Origin: Bdellovibrionota bacterium
GTDB lineage: Bacteria > Bdellovibrionota_C > UBA2361 > JBIKUX01
Direction: 5' to 3'
Length of the DNA: 64,000 nucleotides
Assembly: GCA_044347345.1 (NCBI GenBank)
Contig: JBIKUX010000006.1
Location: 45,218 to 109,217 of the forward strand
Below, in pieces: positions 29,998 to 40,049 of the stretch. The translations under genes were made by a program, and so were the position numbers. The notes under the pieces are model-generated. The model was not told the origin of the DNA, searched no databases, and saw nothing but the letters and a program-made list of their open reading frames with translations. The number at the start of each line of letters is the position of its first letter. Positions within the stretch are counted from its first letter, which is position 1.

Positions 29998-32751
29998 ATG
30001 CAGCAAAATAAAATCTTATGGGAAGCATCGAAAGATAAAAAAACCAAATCGCAAGTATACAAGTTTATTGATACAGCTCGAAAGGATACCGGCCGAGATT
30101 TTTCAAACTATAAGGATTTGCACTTATGGTCTTGCAAATATCCCGAAGAGTTTTGGTCATTAGTGGCAAGATTTACAAAATTTTGTGAACAGCATCAAAA
30201 TATACCTTATTCAAGCTCTGATAAATCATTTTGCTCTTCTCGTTTTGGTGATGGTGTAAATTTTAATTATGCTGAACGGGTAATTTATCCTCCGTTCAAA
30301 ACTGCTTCAGATACAGCTATAATTGAGGTAAATGAGAGTGGTGAGTGGAGCTCTTATTCTTTTGAGCAGTTGCGAACCTTAGTTTGTAGTATTAGTGATT
30401 GGTTCCATAATTTTGGAGTAGGTAAAAATGATCGTATCGCAGGAATAATCACTAATTGTGCTAATGGTGTATGCAGCTATTTAGCATCTGCTAAATTAGG
30501 AGCTATCTGGGCTTCGTGTTCACCAGAGTTTGGTGATTCTGCTATAATAGACCGCTTGCTAATGATTAATCCTGCAGTTCTAGTTGTATCCTTGTTTAGC
30601 GCTTATAACGGAAAAAAATATGACCATAGTGAGCGAATAGCTAGCCTGCTTAAAAAAATTAGCTCGATTAAATCTGTTTTGATTATTGATCATGATATAT
30701 CTGATGATACACTAAATAAATTTGCAGATAGTATTCCAAGTACAATAACGTGTGCGCACATTTCTCAAACTAAATGTGCTAATAATAACCAGAAATTTGA
30801 ACAATTTCCTTTTTCTCATCCTTTAACTCTATTATTTTCATCTGGCACGACTGGTAAACCTAAAGCCATACTGCATGGAGCAGGAGGGACATTACTTCAG
30901 CATCTCAAGGAGCATCAACTTCATTGTGAGTTTAATCATGATGCAATCGTTTGTTTTTATACCTCAACTGGTTGGATGATGTGGAATTGGTTAATTAGTT
31001 CTCTTGCATCTGGATCTTCAATTGTGCTTATAGATGGCTCACCGATGTTTCCATCCGTCAGTCGTCTTTGGAGACTAGTTGATCAATTTAATATTACAGC
31101 TCTTGGTGTTAGCCCGAGATATTTAAGCACTGTTGAAAAAGAGAATGGATATAGCCCAATTAAAGAACATAAGTTAAGTAGTCTTTCTCTGTTACTGTCT
31201 ACCGGCGCTCCATTACTCGGGACACAATTTGATTGGATTTATAATTCAGTAAAAAAGGATTTGATGGTGGCTTCTATTTCTGGAGGAAGTGACATCATTT
31301 CTTGCTTTGCATTAGGAAACATTCTTGCACCGGTCAGGCGTGGAGAAATTCAAGCAGCTGGACTCGGGATGGATATAGCAGCATTTTCAGATGATGGAAC
31401 AGAGTTAACTGATACCGTTGGAGAGTTAGTCTGCCGGACACCTTTCCCTTCAATGCCGGTTGGATTTTGGAATGATCCTAATAACACTCTGTTTAATCAG
31501 ACTTATTTTTCTCGTTATCCGAGCGTTTGGATGCATGGCGATAGAGTTATAATTTATGATCATGGCGGATTGGAAATTTTAGGCAGGTCTGACACCGTAC
31601 TTAATCCAGGTGGTGTGCGAATTGGCACAGGTGAAATATACTCGGTCATCTCTAAGATACCGTGGATTACGGATGTAGTAGCAGCCCCATTAAAGAGACA
31701 AGGAGATGAAGATATTATTTTAATTGTATCATTAGCTTATAATGATAATTTGACTGAGGATAAGATAGAAGAAATTCGAAAATTAATTCGTTCGGAGCTT
31801 TCACCACGTCATGTACCAAGGTTTATATTTTCTGTTTCTAGTCTTCCGCACACTATGAATGGTAAAATCTCAGAAGTAACAGTTAGAAAAATTTTGAATA
31901 ATGAGGATATAAATAATACCACTTCTCTTGCTGACTCTTCAGTTTTGACTGAATTAGTAGCGATTAGAAAAATCATAATGACCGATGCAGATTATCAGGC
32001 TAGATGTGATCTCTCGATTGTTATACCTGCTTATAATGAAGAGAACAGGTTGCCTGCTACTGTACTAAGTTATCGAACTTGGTTACTACAAGAGCAGCAG
32101 ACTTTAAATCGACTTGGTATTTCATCTATAGAAATAATTGTTGTAGATGATGGAAGTATTGATAGAACAGCAGAGGTAGTTGCATCTTTTTCATCATCCT
32201 TTTTACCGGTGCGTTTTGTTAGACATTCAAGAAATCTTGGCAAGGGAGCAGCAGTTCGTACAGGTTCACTGCAAGCAATAGGTAAATTCATTCTTGTTGC
32301 AGATGCCGATGGATCTACTCCCATTGAAGAGTTAGAGCGATTATTAATTCATATGAATAGTGGACAAGCACAAATAGTTGTTGGCTCACGCGTTGTTACA
32401 AATAATAAAGTTAGGCGCCATATAAAATGGTATCGTCGTTTTCTGGGATGGCTCTTTAGAGGCCTAGTGCATAAGATAGCATTCGGAGATTTACAAAATA
32501 TACATGTTGAAGATACTCAATGCGGTTTTAAGCTAATGACTTATGAAGTAGCACAGGCTATATTTACAAAAGCTACCATTGATCGTTTTGCATGGGATGT
32601 CGAATTTTTACGGGTTGCTGCTCTGCAAGGGTGCACAATATTAGAGGTGCCAGTTTCATGGCATCATGTTACTGGCTCACGGATCAATTTATTAACAGCA
32701 CCTTTTTCTATGTTACTAGATCTTGTCAGAATTAGGCTAAGACATAGATAG
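29998..32751 (+). CDS. acetoacetate-CoA ligase (aa 1-660) fused in frame to a dolichyl-phosphate glucosyltransferase-like GT2 (aa 661-917)
   Basis: FSSGTTGKPK, GWMMWNWL, SISGGSDI, GRSDTVLNPGGVRIG; then LSIVIPAYNEE, VVDDGS, NLGKGAAV, DADGST, DTQCGFK, FAWDVE. Confidence 0.88.
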   Translation: MQQNKILWEASKDKKTKSQVYKFIDTARKDTGRDFSNYKDLHLWSCKYPEEFWSLVARFTKFCEQHQNIPYSSSDKSFCSSRFGDGVNFNYAERVIYPPFKTASDTAIIEVNESGEWSSYSFEQLRTLVCSISDWFHNFGVGKNDRIAGIITNCANGVCSYLASAKLGAIWASCSPEFGDSAIIDRLLMINPAVLVVSLFSAYNGKKYDHSERIASLLKKISSIKSVLIIDHDISDDTLNKFADSIPSTITCAHISQTKCANNNQKFEQFPFSHPLTLLFSSGTTGKPKAILHGAGGTLLQHLKEHQLHCEFNHDAIVCFYTSTGWMMWNWLISSLASGSSIVLIDGSPMFPSVSRLWRLVDQFNITALGVSPRYLSTVEKENGYSPIKEHKLSSLSLLLSTGAPLLGTQFDWIYNSVKKDLMVASISGGSDIISCFALGNILAPVRRGEIQAAGLGMDIAAFSDDGTELTDTVGELVCRTPFPSMPVGFWNDPNNTLFNQTYFSRYPSVWMHGDRVIIYDHGGLEILGRSDTVLNPGGVRIGTGEIYSVISKIPWITDVVAAPLKRQGDEDIILIVSLAYNDNLTEDKIEEIRKLIRSELSPRHVPRFIFSVSSLPHTMNGKISEVTVRKILNNEDINNTTSLADSSVLTELVAIRKIIMTDADYQARCDLSIVIPAYNEENRLPATVLSYRTWLLQEQQTLNRLGISSIEIIVVDDGSIDRTAEVVASFSSSFLPVRFVRHSRNLGKGAAVRTGSLQAIGKFILVADADGSTPIEELERLLIHMNSGQAQIVVGSRVVTNNKVRRHIKWYRRFLGWLFRGLVHKIAFGDLQNIHVEDTQCGFKLMTYEVAQAIFTKATIDRFAWDVEFLRVAALQGCTILEVPVSWHHVTGSRINLLTAPFSMLLDLVRIRLRHR

Positions 32752-32812
32752 TTGGGATATAATACGTGGCGACCGGCTAATAATAATTAGATCATAATAA
32801 ACAGACAAACCT

Positions 32813-34969
32813 TTAAGTGACTTTTTTTGGAGGTGCTGATGAGAACGCTCCATTTACTTCAGCTCGTGAAACTATACCAGACCATGGTTGTACTAGCCCG
32901 TTAAAGGCTGCATTTACTTGATTAATAAGTTGTAAGAGAGATCTAGCACCTAGTTTATCTGCGTAGTATAACGGGCCTCCGCGGAAAGCTGGAAACCCAG
33001 CGCCCATTACCATGCCCAAGTCGATTTGGTTTGCAGCTTCGACGCTTGGTTGTCCGGCTACACCTTCGTCTAAACATCTTACTGCTTCATTCACGATAGC
33101 TGTTACTAAGCAGTCAGCGATTAATTCTCTGTGAACTCTCTGAGGACGAGAGTTAGATGCAATCGTTCTGACAAGTTCTGGCCATATTATGTTTGTGGAT
33201 GTTGAATAATTATAAAAGCCCTTGTTATTTTTTCTACCTAAGCGTCCAAATGAAACAAGTTCACGTGGACCAGCGGCAAGTTTCATGCGCTCACCGTATC
33301 CCTTTTCTAGAATCTCACCAACGTGAGTAACTACCTCTAGACCAACCTCATCGAGTACCCTAAAAGGACCCATTGGAAATCCAAATTTTATCGCAGCTTC
33401 CTCTATTTCAAGCGGCTCTATTCCAGCGAGCAAGAGTTTACAAGCTACTTGAAAGTATGGAAATAAGATGCGATTGACTAGAAATCCTGGAACATCTTCC
33501 ACAATAATTGGGAATTTCCCGAGCTTAACGGCGAGTGCAGCAGTTATTAGTAAGGAGCGATCAGTAGTAGCTTTGCTACGAACAATCTCAACGAGAGGCA
33601 TTTTTTCGACTGGATTAAAAAAGTGCATCCCAACCACTGAGCCTGGTGATGGCAGTGCAGAACTTAAACTGGTGATTGATAAAGACGAGGTATTTGATGC
33701 TATGAGAGCACCTTTATCGATTTTTGCCGATAATTCTTGTAAGACAGCAAGTTTTATTTCTACTTTTTCAGTGACAGCTTCAATTAAAAGATTGCAATCA
33801 CGTAGGCGGTCATCTCCAGTGCGCTGTAAAAAAAGCAAATCCAGTAACGCTCTTTTTTCAGCCGGAGTTAAGGATGAGCGCTTATCTAAAGTTTTCTCAA
33901 TATGAGATCTGGCTTTTTGGAGTGATAATTCATCTGAGTCTCTGAGCACTACCGGGATTTTTTGTTGTAGCAAGGTACTGGCAATGCCTGCACCCATTGT
34001 TCCTGCTCCTACTACTAGAGCTCTTATATCACCTAGAGAGTCAATTAGTGACTTCCCGAGTTTTTTCGCTCCTTCAGAGAGAAGAAAGACATGGGTAAGA
34101 GATTTACTTTCTGGTGTTACTACCATCTCACCGAGAAGTTTTGCTTCATGTTCAAGACCCAAAGTTACGCCATACTTTAAACCATAAAGAACAGCTTCTA
34201 ACGCCTTTAGTGGAGCCGGCAGTTGACCCTTTGTTTGTTTGATTATTTGTTTTGTTGACATACGTTGAACAAGTGCTCGTCCCAGGTTGGTATATGTTAG
34301 GAGACGTTCTTGCATTGTTGGAGGTGGTCGTGGAGGCAAAGATAGTCCGGTTAGGATTTTCTCAGCGCGCTCTATAAGGCGAGGCACCGGAACTAATTCA
34401 TCAATTAGTCCTAAGGTGAGAGCCTCTCTAGCGCGGATTTTTTTACCGGTTAGAATCAAAGAGAGAGCTTTCTGTATTCCTATTAAGCGAGGGAGTCTTT
34501 GAGTACCTCCAAATCCAGGAATAATTCCAAGTAGAACCTCAGGTAGGCCAAGGATTGTAGTCGAGAGATCAGTACAGATGCGGTGATGGCATGCTAGAGC
34601 CAACTCGAGAGCTCCTCCGACGCACGGACCACTTATTGCAGCAAGTGATGGGAATGGAAGGCTTTCTATTTCGTTAAAGACCGATTGACCCTGTTGAGCA
34701 AGAGACTTCCCTAAATTTGGGTCTACTATATCTCTTATTGCATTTATATCTGCTCCTACCGAAAACATTTGTTCACTTGGACCAGTTATAATCATGCCTT
34801 TTGGTTTAAGATCTCGAACCTGAGCTAGGGCACTGCGAAGAGCTTCTATTCGGTCTTTGGTAAGAATGACGGTTTGCTCTGATATTCCTCCGAGGCGCAC
34901 TATGACGACTCCTGAAGATAGCTCTTCTACTCTTACTAACGGATGGTTACTAGACGCGGCGTGGTTCAT
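32813..34969 (-). CDS. fadJ: fatty acid oxidation complex alpha subunit (enoyl-CoA hydratase / 3-hydroxyacyl-CoA dehydrogenase)
   Basis: GGALELALAC, GLPEVLLGIIPGFGGTQRLPRLIG, GAGTMG, SNTSS, GMHFFNP, PGFLVNR. Confidence 0.9.
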   Translation of the reverse strand: MNHAASSNHPLVRVEELSSGVVIVRLGGISEQTVILTKDRIEALRSALAQVRDLKPKGMIITGPSEQMFSVGADINAIRDIVDPNLGKSLAQQGQSVFNEIESLPFPSLAAISGPCVGGALELALACHHRICTDLSTTILGLPEVLLGIIPGFGGTQRLPRLIGIQKALSLILTGKKIRAREALTLGLIDELVPVPRLIERAEKILTGLSLPPRPPPTMQERLLTYTNLGRALVQRMSTKQIIKQTKGQLPAPLKALEAVLYGLKYGVTLGLEHEAKLLGEMVVTPESKSLTHVFLLSEGAKKLGKSLIDSLGDIRALVVGAGTMGAGIASTLLQQKIPVVLRDSDELSLQKARSHIEKTLDKRSSLTPAEKRALLDLLFLQRTGDDRLRDCNLLIEAVTEKVEIKLAVLQELSAKIDKGALIASNTSSLSITSLSSALPSPGSVVGMHFFNPVEKMPLVEIVRSKATTDRSLLITAALAVKLGKFPIIVEDVPGFLVNRILFPYFQVACKLLLAGIEPLEIEEAAIKFGFPMGPFRVLDEVGLEVVTHVGEILEKGYGERMKLAAGPRELVSFGRLGRKNNKGFYNYSTSTNIIWPELVRTIASNSRPQRVHRELIADCLVTAIVNEAVRCLDEGVAGQPSVEAANQIDLGMVMGAGFPAFRGGPLYYADKLGARSLLQLINQVNAAFNGLVQPWSGIVSRAEVNGAFSSAPPKKVT

Positions 34970-35128
34970 AAAGCCTCAAAACAAATTGTCCGCGAAACTT
35001 ATTGTGTTCTTAAAACACAGTACGAAAGACATAGACAATAAAAACTGCGACAAAAATTTTATCACCGCAAGGATTCTAACGTATATCAGCGATTTAGTGC
35101 TATAGAATAAGTATAGATAAATCCACGT

Positions 35129-38100
35129 TTACTTGTTTACCTTAGAAAATATAAAACTTATTTTCCTTTCCGACTGGTTACTTAAGTTTACAATTATCTC
35201 ACCTTTTTTGTTTTTTAGACTGTCTTCTGTCATTGAGTTTAAATTATGCTCCCTAACTTCTTTGATTGAGATAGAAGCCGCCAAAGTTTGTGCTGATATG
35301 TAATCAGAAAATTGTTTGATGATTTCACTGTCACGAGTGTCTTCAACAAATACCATCAAGTCTATTTTATCACTTATTATTAGGTTAGCGTCTTTTCTGG
35401 CTTGTTGGATGTGACGCACCAAATCGCGGGCAACCCCTTCCTTTTCGAGCTCGGGAGTTACGGAAACACTAAGTGCGATAATAAGTGAGTTATTGTCTTG
35501 ACTGATGCTCGCTACACAAATCTGGTTTACATCTGATTTATCGCTTCCTTTAGGTACTAGGCGGATTGTGTATTCGCAAGGATCTAATTTTATTCCGTTA
35601 CAAATTACCTGACCATCATTGGTACGGTACCAATTGCCTGTTTTTGATGAGGCAATCAGATTCTTCATTTCATTACCTAATCTTGGACCGAGCACCCTTG
35701 AATTGAGCTGAAGCTGTTCTTCCGCGAAAGCGCTAAAACTCTCTTCTAATACAACTGACTTTACATTTAATTCCTCTGCAATTAGAGAAGTAAAAACGGC
35801 AAGTTGATCGGCGGACTTACCGGCAAGAATAACTTTTTCAAGAGGAAGGCGCGTGCGGAGTCCTTTTGATTCTCGAATAGAGAGTCCTGCTGAGCAAACC
35901 TCGCGAGTTAAATCCATTGCAGTGATAAGATTCTTATTATTAGGTAAGCTTGTTGCTAGAGGCCACGCCTCAAGATGTACGCTTTTTCTTCCCGTGAGAG
36001 TTCTATACAAATGCTCAGATAGGAGAGGCAATATTGGAGCTATTACTCGACATAAACCGATGAGTGTTAAAAAGAGAGTCTCATAGGCTACCTGTTTTTT
36101 TTCACTGATGCCACTTTCCCAGAATCGTTCTCTTGAACGACGAATGTACCAATTAGTGAGTACATCAAGAAAATTTTTAATTTCTTCGCATGCCTTTGGG
36201 ATATCGTAATTAGTAAGTGCTACATCGGTTTCTTCAATTAAAATCCGGAGTTTTGCTAATATATATTCATCAATTTGCGACAGAGAGTCGTTGTAATTTG
36301 GGGGTACTCTACCAGCTAATGTATCTTGTGCATGATCATGGTTAGCTGTAACTCTATCTGTGTTTGCATAGAGAGTAAAAAAGTAGGCTGCATTCCAAAG
36401 AGGATTTAGCACAGTTCGCACTATCTCGGCTATCCCTTTACCCTCGCGGTCAATAAGAAGGTCGCTACCCTTTATTATAGGGGATGATATTAAAAACCAA
36501 CGAAGTGCATCGGCTCCGAGTTTATCAAATACTTCATCTGGGCTCGGATAATTTCTTAGTCTTTTGCTGAGTTTCTTTCCTTCTTCGTCAAGAACTACGC
36601 CGTGACACATGCAGGTTTTAAAGGGAGGCTTATCAAATAAAGCAGTACCTAGAACCATGAGAGTGTAAAACCAGCCGCGTGTTTGAGCTACATACTCAAC
36701 GATAAAGTCAGCAGGAAAGTGTTGCTCGAACCACTCTTTATTTTCGAAAGGATAATGCATTTGGGCAAACGGCATTGAGCCAGATTCAAACCAGCAGTCA
36801 AATACCTCGGGGACCCGGCGCATCATGCTTTGGCCGGTTGGGTCATCGGGATTAGCGCGGATGAGCTGATCTATGGCGGGGCGATGTAGATCGGTGATAT
36901 GTGCACCAAAATCACGTTCAAGTTCTGCAATACTGCCATACACGTCTGTGCGCGGATAAGATAGATTATCACTTTTCCAAACAGGGAGTGGAGTTCCCCA
37001 AAATCTAGTTCGACTGATTGACCAGTCTCGGGCGTTTTCTAACCATTTACCAAATTGACCGTCTCTAATGTGGCTGGGTATCCAATTAATAGTTTGGTTA
37101 AGCTCAACCATTCGGTCTTTAAATTCAGATACTTTTACAAACCAAGAGCTTACTGCTTTGTAAATAAGAGGCGTATCGGTCCGCCAACAATGGGGATAGT
37201 TGTGGAGATATGTTTCATGCCGTACTACTTTGTTTTCGGCTTTTAAGTGTTTGATAATAAGTTTATTGGAATCAAAAACTTGAATATTGTGATATGGACT
37301 TACTTCGGCGGTAAATCTTCCTTGGCTGTCGACTGGGCATATAATAGGTATTCCGTTGGCCTTGCAGAGGTCAAAATCATCTTCTCCAAATCCGGGTGCA
37401 CAGTGCACGACGCCAGTTCCGTCAGTAGTGGTAACAAAATTACCAGACAAAATTGTAAAAGCCGGCTTTACATTGGCGAAAAATGGAAATAGTGGTTCAT
37501 ACTTGCGATTAATGAGGTCTTTCCCGGTGATATTTCCGACATTTTTCCCCCCATCAAGCTCACTTTGATAGCGCTCGACACTGGCGTTGGCTAAAATAAC
37601 GAATCTGTCTTTAAGACTGTAAATGGCGTAGTCTATATCCTCTCCGACAGCTAGTGCCAGATTAGATGGTAAAGTCCAAGGGGTCGTTGTCCAAGCGAGG
37701 ATATCAAGGGGGCCAGGATCGTTTGGATTGGGGGTTAGGGTGAAGCGTACCGTGAGTGCCGGATCTTGACGCTGTCTGAAAGCGTTATCAAGGCGAGTTT
37801 CAAAATTTGAAAGAGGGCTTTCTACTGCCCAGGAGTAGGGCATGACTCTGTGGCCTTCTGTTACGAGACCCTTGCTCCACAACCGCTTAAATGCCCAAAG
37901 AACGCTCTCCATGTAGGAGATGTCCATAGTTTTGTAATCGTTTTTGAAGTCTACCCAACGTGCCTGGCGAGTGACAAATGTCTCCCACTCTTTGGTGTAA
38001 CGAAGAACAGAGTCTCGGCAGTGGGCGTTAAATTTATCTATGCCGAAGTCTATAATGGCTCGTTGTCCAGAAATTCCTAATTCTCGCTCAGACTCCATTT

Positions 38101-38398
38101 CTGCGGGAAGACCGTGGCAGTCCCATCCGAAACGGCGCTCTACCCTCAACCCTTTCATTGCTTGGTATCTCGGGATGGTATCTTTTATAAATCCAGTCAA
38201 AAGATGACCGTAGTGAGGAAGTCCGTTGGCAAACGGGGGACCGTCGTAAAAAACGAATTCACCACCATTTTTGGTTGTGATACTTTCTGAGAAAATGCTC
38301 TCTACCTTCCAGTAATCGAGTACTTCTTCTTCTATTTTTGGATAATTGGGCTCTCTCGACAAAGGGGCATAACAAAAGGTGGGCTTAGTCGGATCCAT
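35129..38398 (-). CDS. ileS: isoleucine-tRNA ligase, type 2 (eukaryote-like)
   Basis: FYDGPPFANGLPHYGH, GWDCHGLP, WTTTPWTLPSN, YPHCWR, DWSISRTRFWGTP, DCWFESGSMP, QTRGWFY, KLSKR; long C-terminus EGVARDLVRHIQQARK and no C-terminal Zn finger. Confidence 0.96.
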   Translation of the reverse strand: MDPTKPTFCYAPLSREPNYPKIEEEVLDYWKVESIFSESITTKNGGEFVFYDGPPFANGLPHYGHLLTGFIKDTIPRYQAMKGLRVERRFGWDCHGLPAEMESERELGISGQRAIIDFGIDKFNAHCRDSVLRYTKEWETFVTRQARWVDFKNDYKTMDISYMESVLWAFKRLWSKGLVTEGHRVMPYSWAVESPLSNFETRLDNAFRQRQDPALTVRFTLTPNPNDPGPLDILAWTTTPWTLPSNLALAVGEDIDYAIYSLKDRFVILANASVERYQSELDGGKNVGNITGKDLINRKYEPLFPFFANVKPAFTILSGNFVTTTDGTGVVHCAPGFGEDDFDLCKANGIPIICPVDSQGRFTAEVSPYHNIQVFDSNKLIIKHLKAENKVVRHETYLHNYPHCWRTDTPLIYKAVSSWFVKVSEFKDRMVELNQTINWIPSHIRDGQFGKWLENARDWSISRTRFWGTPLPVWKSDNLSYPRTDVYGSIAELERDFGAHITDLHRPAIDQLIRANPDDPTGQSMMRRVPEVFDCWFESGSMPFAQMHYPFENKEWFEQHFPADFIVEYVAQTRGWFYTLMVLGTALFDKPPFKTCMCHGVVLDEEGKKLSKRLRNYPSPDEVFDKLGADALRWFLISSPIIKGSDLLIDREGKGIAEIVRTVLNPLWNAAYFFTLYANTDRVTANHDHAQDTLAGRVPPNYNDSLSQIDEYILAKLRILIEETDVALTNYDIPKACEEIKNFLDVLTNWYIRRSRERFWESGISEKKQVAYETLFLTLIGLCRVIAPILPLLSEHLYRTLTGRKSVHLEAWPLATSLPNNKNLITAMDLTREVCSAGLSIRESKGLRTRLPLEKVILAGKSADQLAVFTSLIAEELNVKSVVLEESFSAFAEEQLQLNSRVLGPRLGNEMKNLIASSKTGNWYRTNDGQVICNGIKLDPCEYTIRLVPKGSDKSDVNQICVASISQDNNSLIIALSVSVTPELEKEGVARDLVRHIQQARKDANLIISDKIDLMVFVEDTRDSEIIKQFSDYISAQTLAASISIKEVREHNLNSMTEDSLKNKKGEIIVNLSNQSERKISFIFSKVNK

Positions 38399-38467
38399 TG
38401 AAAAAACTTCAAACTTTTACCTTCCTATACGATAAGCCGTTTGCCCTTAAAAGTCCATCAACGGAAG

Positions 38468-38699
38468 AAAGTTTGGTGCACCCCACCTTTGACGTTCTCA
38501 GTTTGAAGGTTTGAAAAAAAAGTTTGGTGTGGGAGGAGAGATGAAAGTAGAGGAGGAGAATAGTGAGAGGAGGAGAATAAAGAATAGTGCATACCATTTT
38601 GTAAACGGTCAAAAACGGTCAAAATAAAAATTATATTACCCATAATTAGGGCTAACTTTGATCAATCAGCTAGTCATTACAGATATGTTGGCACCAATA
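38468..38699. repeat. cluster of short direct repeats and palindromes between ileS and the transposase
   Basis: AAAGTTTGGTG at 38468 and 38519; palindrome GGTGCACC 38475-38482; AGAGGAGGAGAATA at 38549 and 38566; AAACGGTCAA at 38603 and 38613; TGTTGG-CA-CCAATA 38686-38699. Confidence 0.7.
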
Positions 38700-38899
38700 C
38701 TTTAAACTCCAATGCTGCTTAGCTTAGAGTGCTCATAATGAATTGCATGGAGAAGTAATTACTCAAAAATCGAAACAGAGAAAGCAGTTATAGAGAAAGT
38801 AAAACACCAATTATTAAAATGTCTTGAGTTTACTCGTGTGAAATTTAAATAATTTTTGCGTTATTTTGTATTAGCAAATGGAAAGTAAAGGTCTGGCCA

Positions 38900-39895
38900 T
38901 TAAAAACAACAGCCATGCTTTGGGGGGAGCCAAGGGATAAAAGTCCCATCAGGCCACTGAGTATCTTTGAACCCTGCCTTAGCTCGCTCATAAGCATCTC
39001 TACATAAAATAATAACATCTTTAAACATTCTTAGTAGTTCTAGTCGCCGCTTGGGATTTTTACAGATGAGAAATATTTTACGTTCTTTTTTCTTTGGGGT
39101 ATGAGACTTCATGTAAGGTTGTTGTTTAAGAGCTTCAGGACTGAAAGTAGTTTGCTTTTTACTTTCTAATTGTCTTTTTATCTGCACTTCTTTTTCTCGT
39201 ACTGCGGTAATTATTTCTCGTCTTATCAGCTCTATTTTATGAGGCTCTGTAATGCCAAATTGTTTGAGCCAAATAAATGGTTGAATAACAAGTTCCTGCT
39301 CCACTTTGTGCAATGAAGAATTCATTTTTTGTAATAAATTCCTATCTGACTGCTCACTAAGAATTTTATTATCTGGAAGTTTTGGGATGCTCTTAACAGG
39401 AAACCAACAAGTTTTAATGACAATCTTTGCATTGACATCGGCTTCACAGGTACAAAAAGCTTTCCAACTCGATAAACCGGGATACTGGTCGATAGTTTGA
39501 CAGAGTCTAGCTGCTACTGGGTTACAAAAGATGTAAATTAGTCTGTCAATGGCATCTTGCAATTCTGCAAGCATAAGGAGGGATGCCCTACCTTCCCAGA
39601 GAAGTAAATTTTTGCGCCCAAGAAGAGCTTTGATAGATTCAGTTAACTTTTTCTGTGTTTCACCATAGAAATTTGTGATTTGATGAGGCTGCTTTGTTAC
39701 TGCCATTATGTGAGCGTGGTTAGCCATCCAACAGAAGTTAGAGAGTTCGACTTTCTGATCGCGTTGAGCTCTAGCCATAACTCCTTGAATAATTGCATTT
39801 GATGTTCGAGTTGGTGGTAGGGGCAGACCTTCTTTTGCCCTAACTACAATTTCGTATACCTGCTTATTTAGAATAATTCGTGGTGTTCTAGCCAT
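38900..39895 (-). mobile_element. HUH/Y1 transposase of REP-associated tyrosine transposase (RAYT) type
   Basis: MARTPR..YEIVVR N-terminus, HUH in CWMANHAH, LWEGR, catalytic-Tyr motif YIFCNPVAARL, YPGLSS, C-terminal extension ending WPDGTF. Confidence 0.82.
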
Positions 39896-39969
39896 AATTA
39901 TACTAACTCGCTTACTTGAGTAAAAAGTTGCTATAATAATTCAATTAGAAATAAGTTTTTAAAAAACTG

Positions 39970-40037
39970 AATTAGTAAAAGTGCAATTAGTAAAAGTGCC
40001 ATGCACCAAAATATTAAGGCAGCACCAAAATATTAAG
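39970..40037. repeat. two adjacent tandem duplications around a GTGC-CAT-GCAC palindrome upstream of the transposase
   Basis: AATTAGTAAAAGTGC x2 (39970-39999); GCACCAAAATATTAAG x2 (40003-40018, 40022-40037); junction GTGCCATGCAC 39996-40006. Confidence 0.85.
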
Positions 40038-40049
40038 TAAAAAAGTACT

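Noticed and set aside
33468-34502. Antisense ORFs inside fadJ, and similar ones inside ABC-F, lpxB-msbA, ileS, the antiporter, the kinase and TadG
   Set aside because: Shadow frames of well-supported genes, with no independent motifs or RBS.
38399-38640. Possible T-box riboswitch in the ileS leader (minus strand AAAGGTGGGGTGCACC)
   Set aside because: Lacks the UGGNACC antiterminator bulge, and I see no stem I motifs or U-tailed terminator. An Rfam T-box scan would settle it.
38409-38643. Two short minus-strand ORFs (67 and 61 aa) upstream of ileS
   Set aside because: They overlap each other and translate low-complexity repeat DNA; no Ile-rich leader-peptide pattern near the gene.
39983-40001. 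Sigma-54 promoter for the transposase (minus strand TGGCAC...TTGC)
   Set aside because: Spacing is 9 nt rather than the required 5.
39970-40037. Repeats as a mini CRISPR array
   Set aside because: Units are 15-16 bp, adjacent or 3 bp apart, with no spacers and no cas genes.
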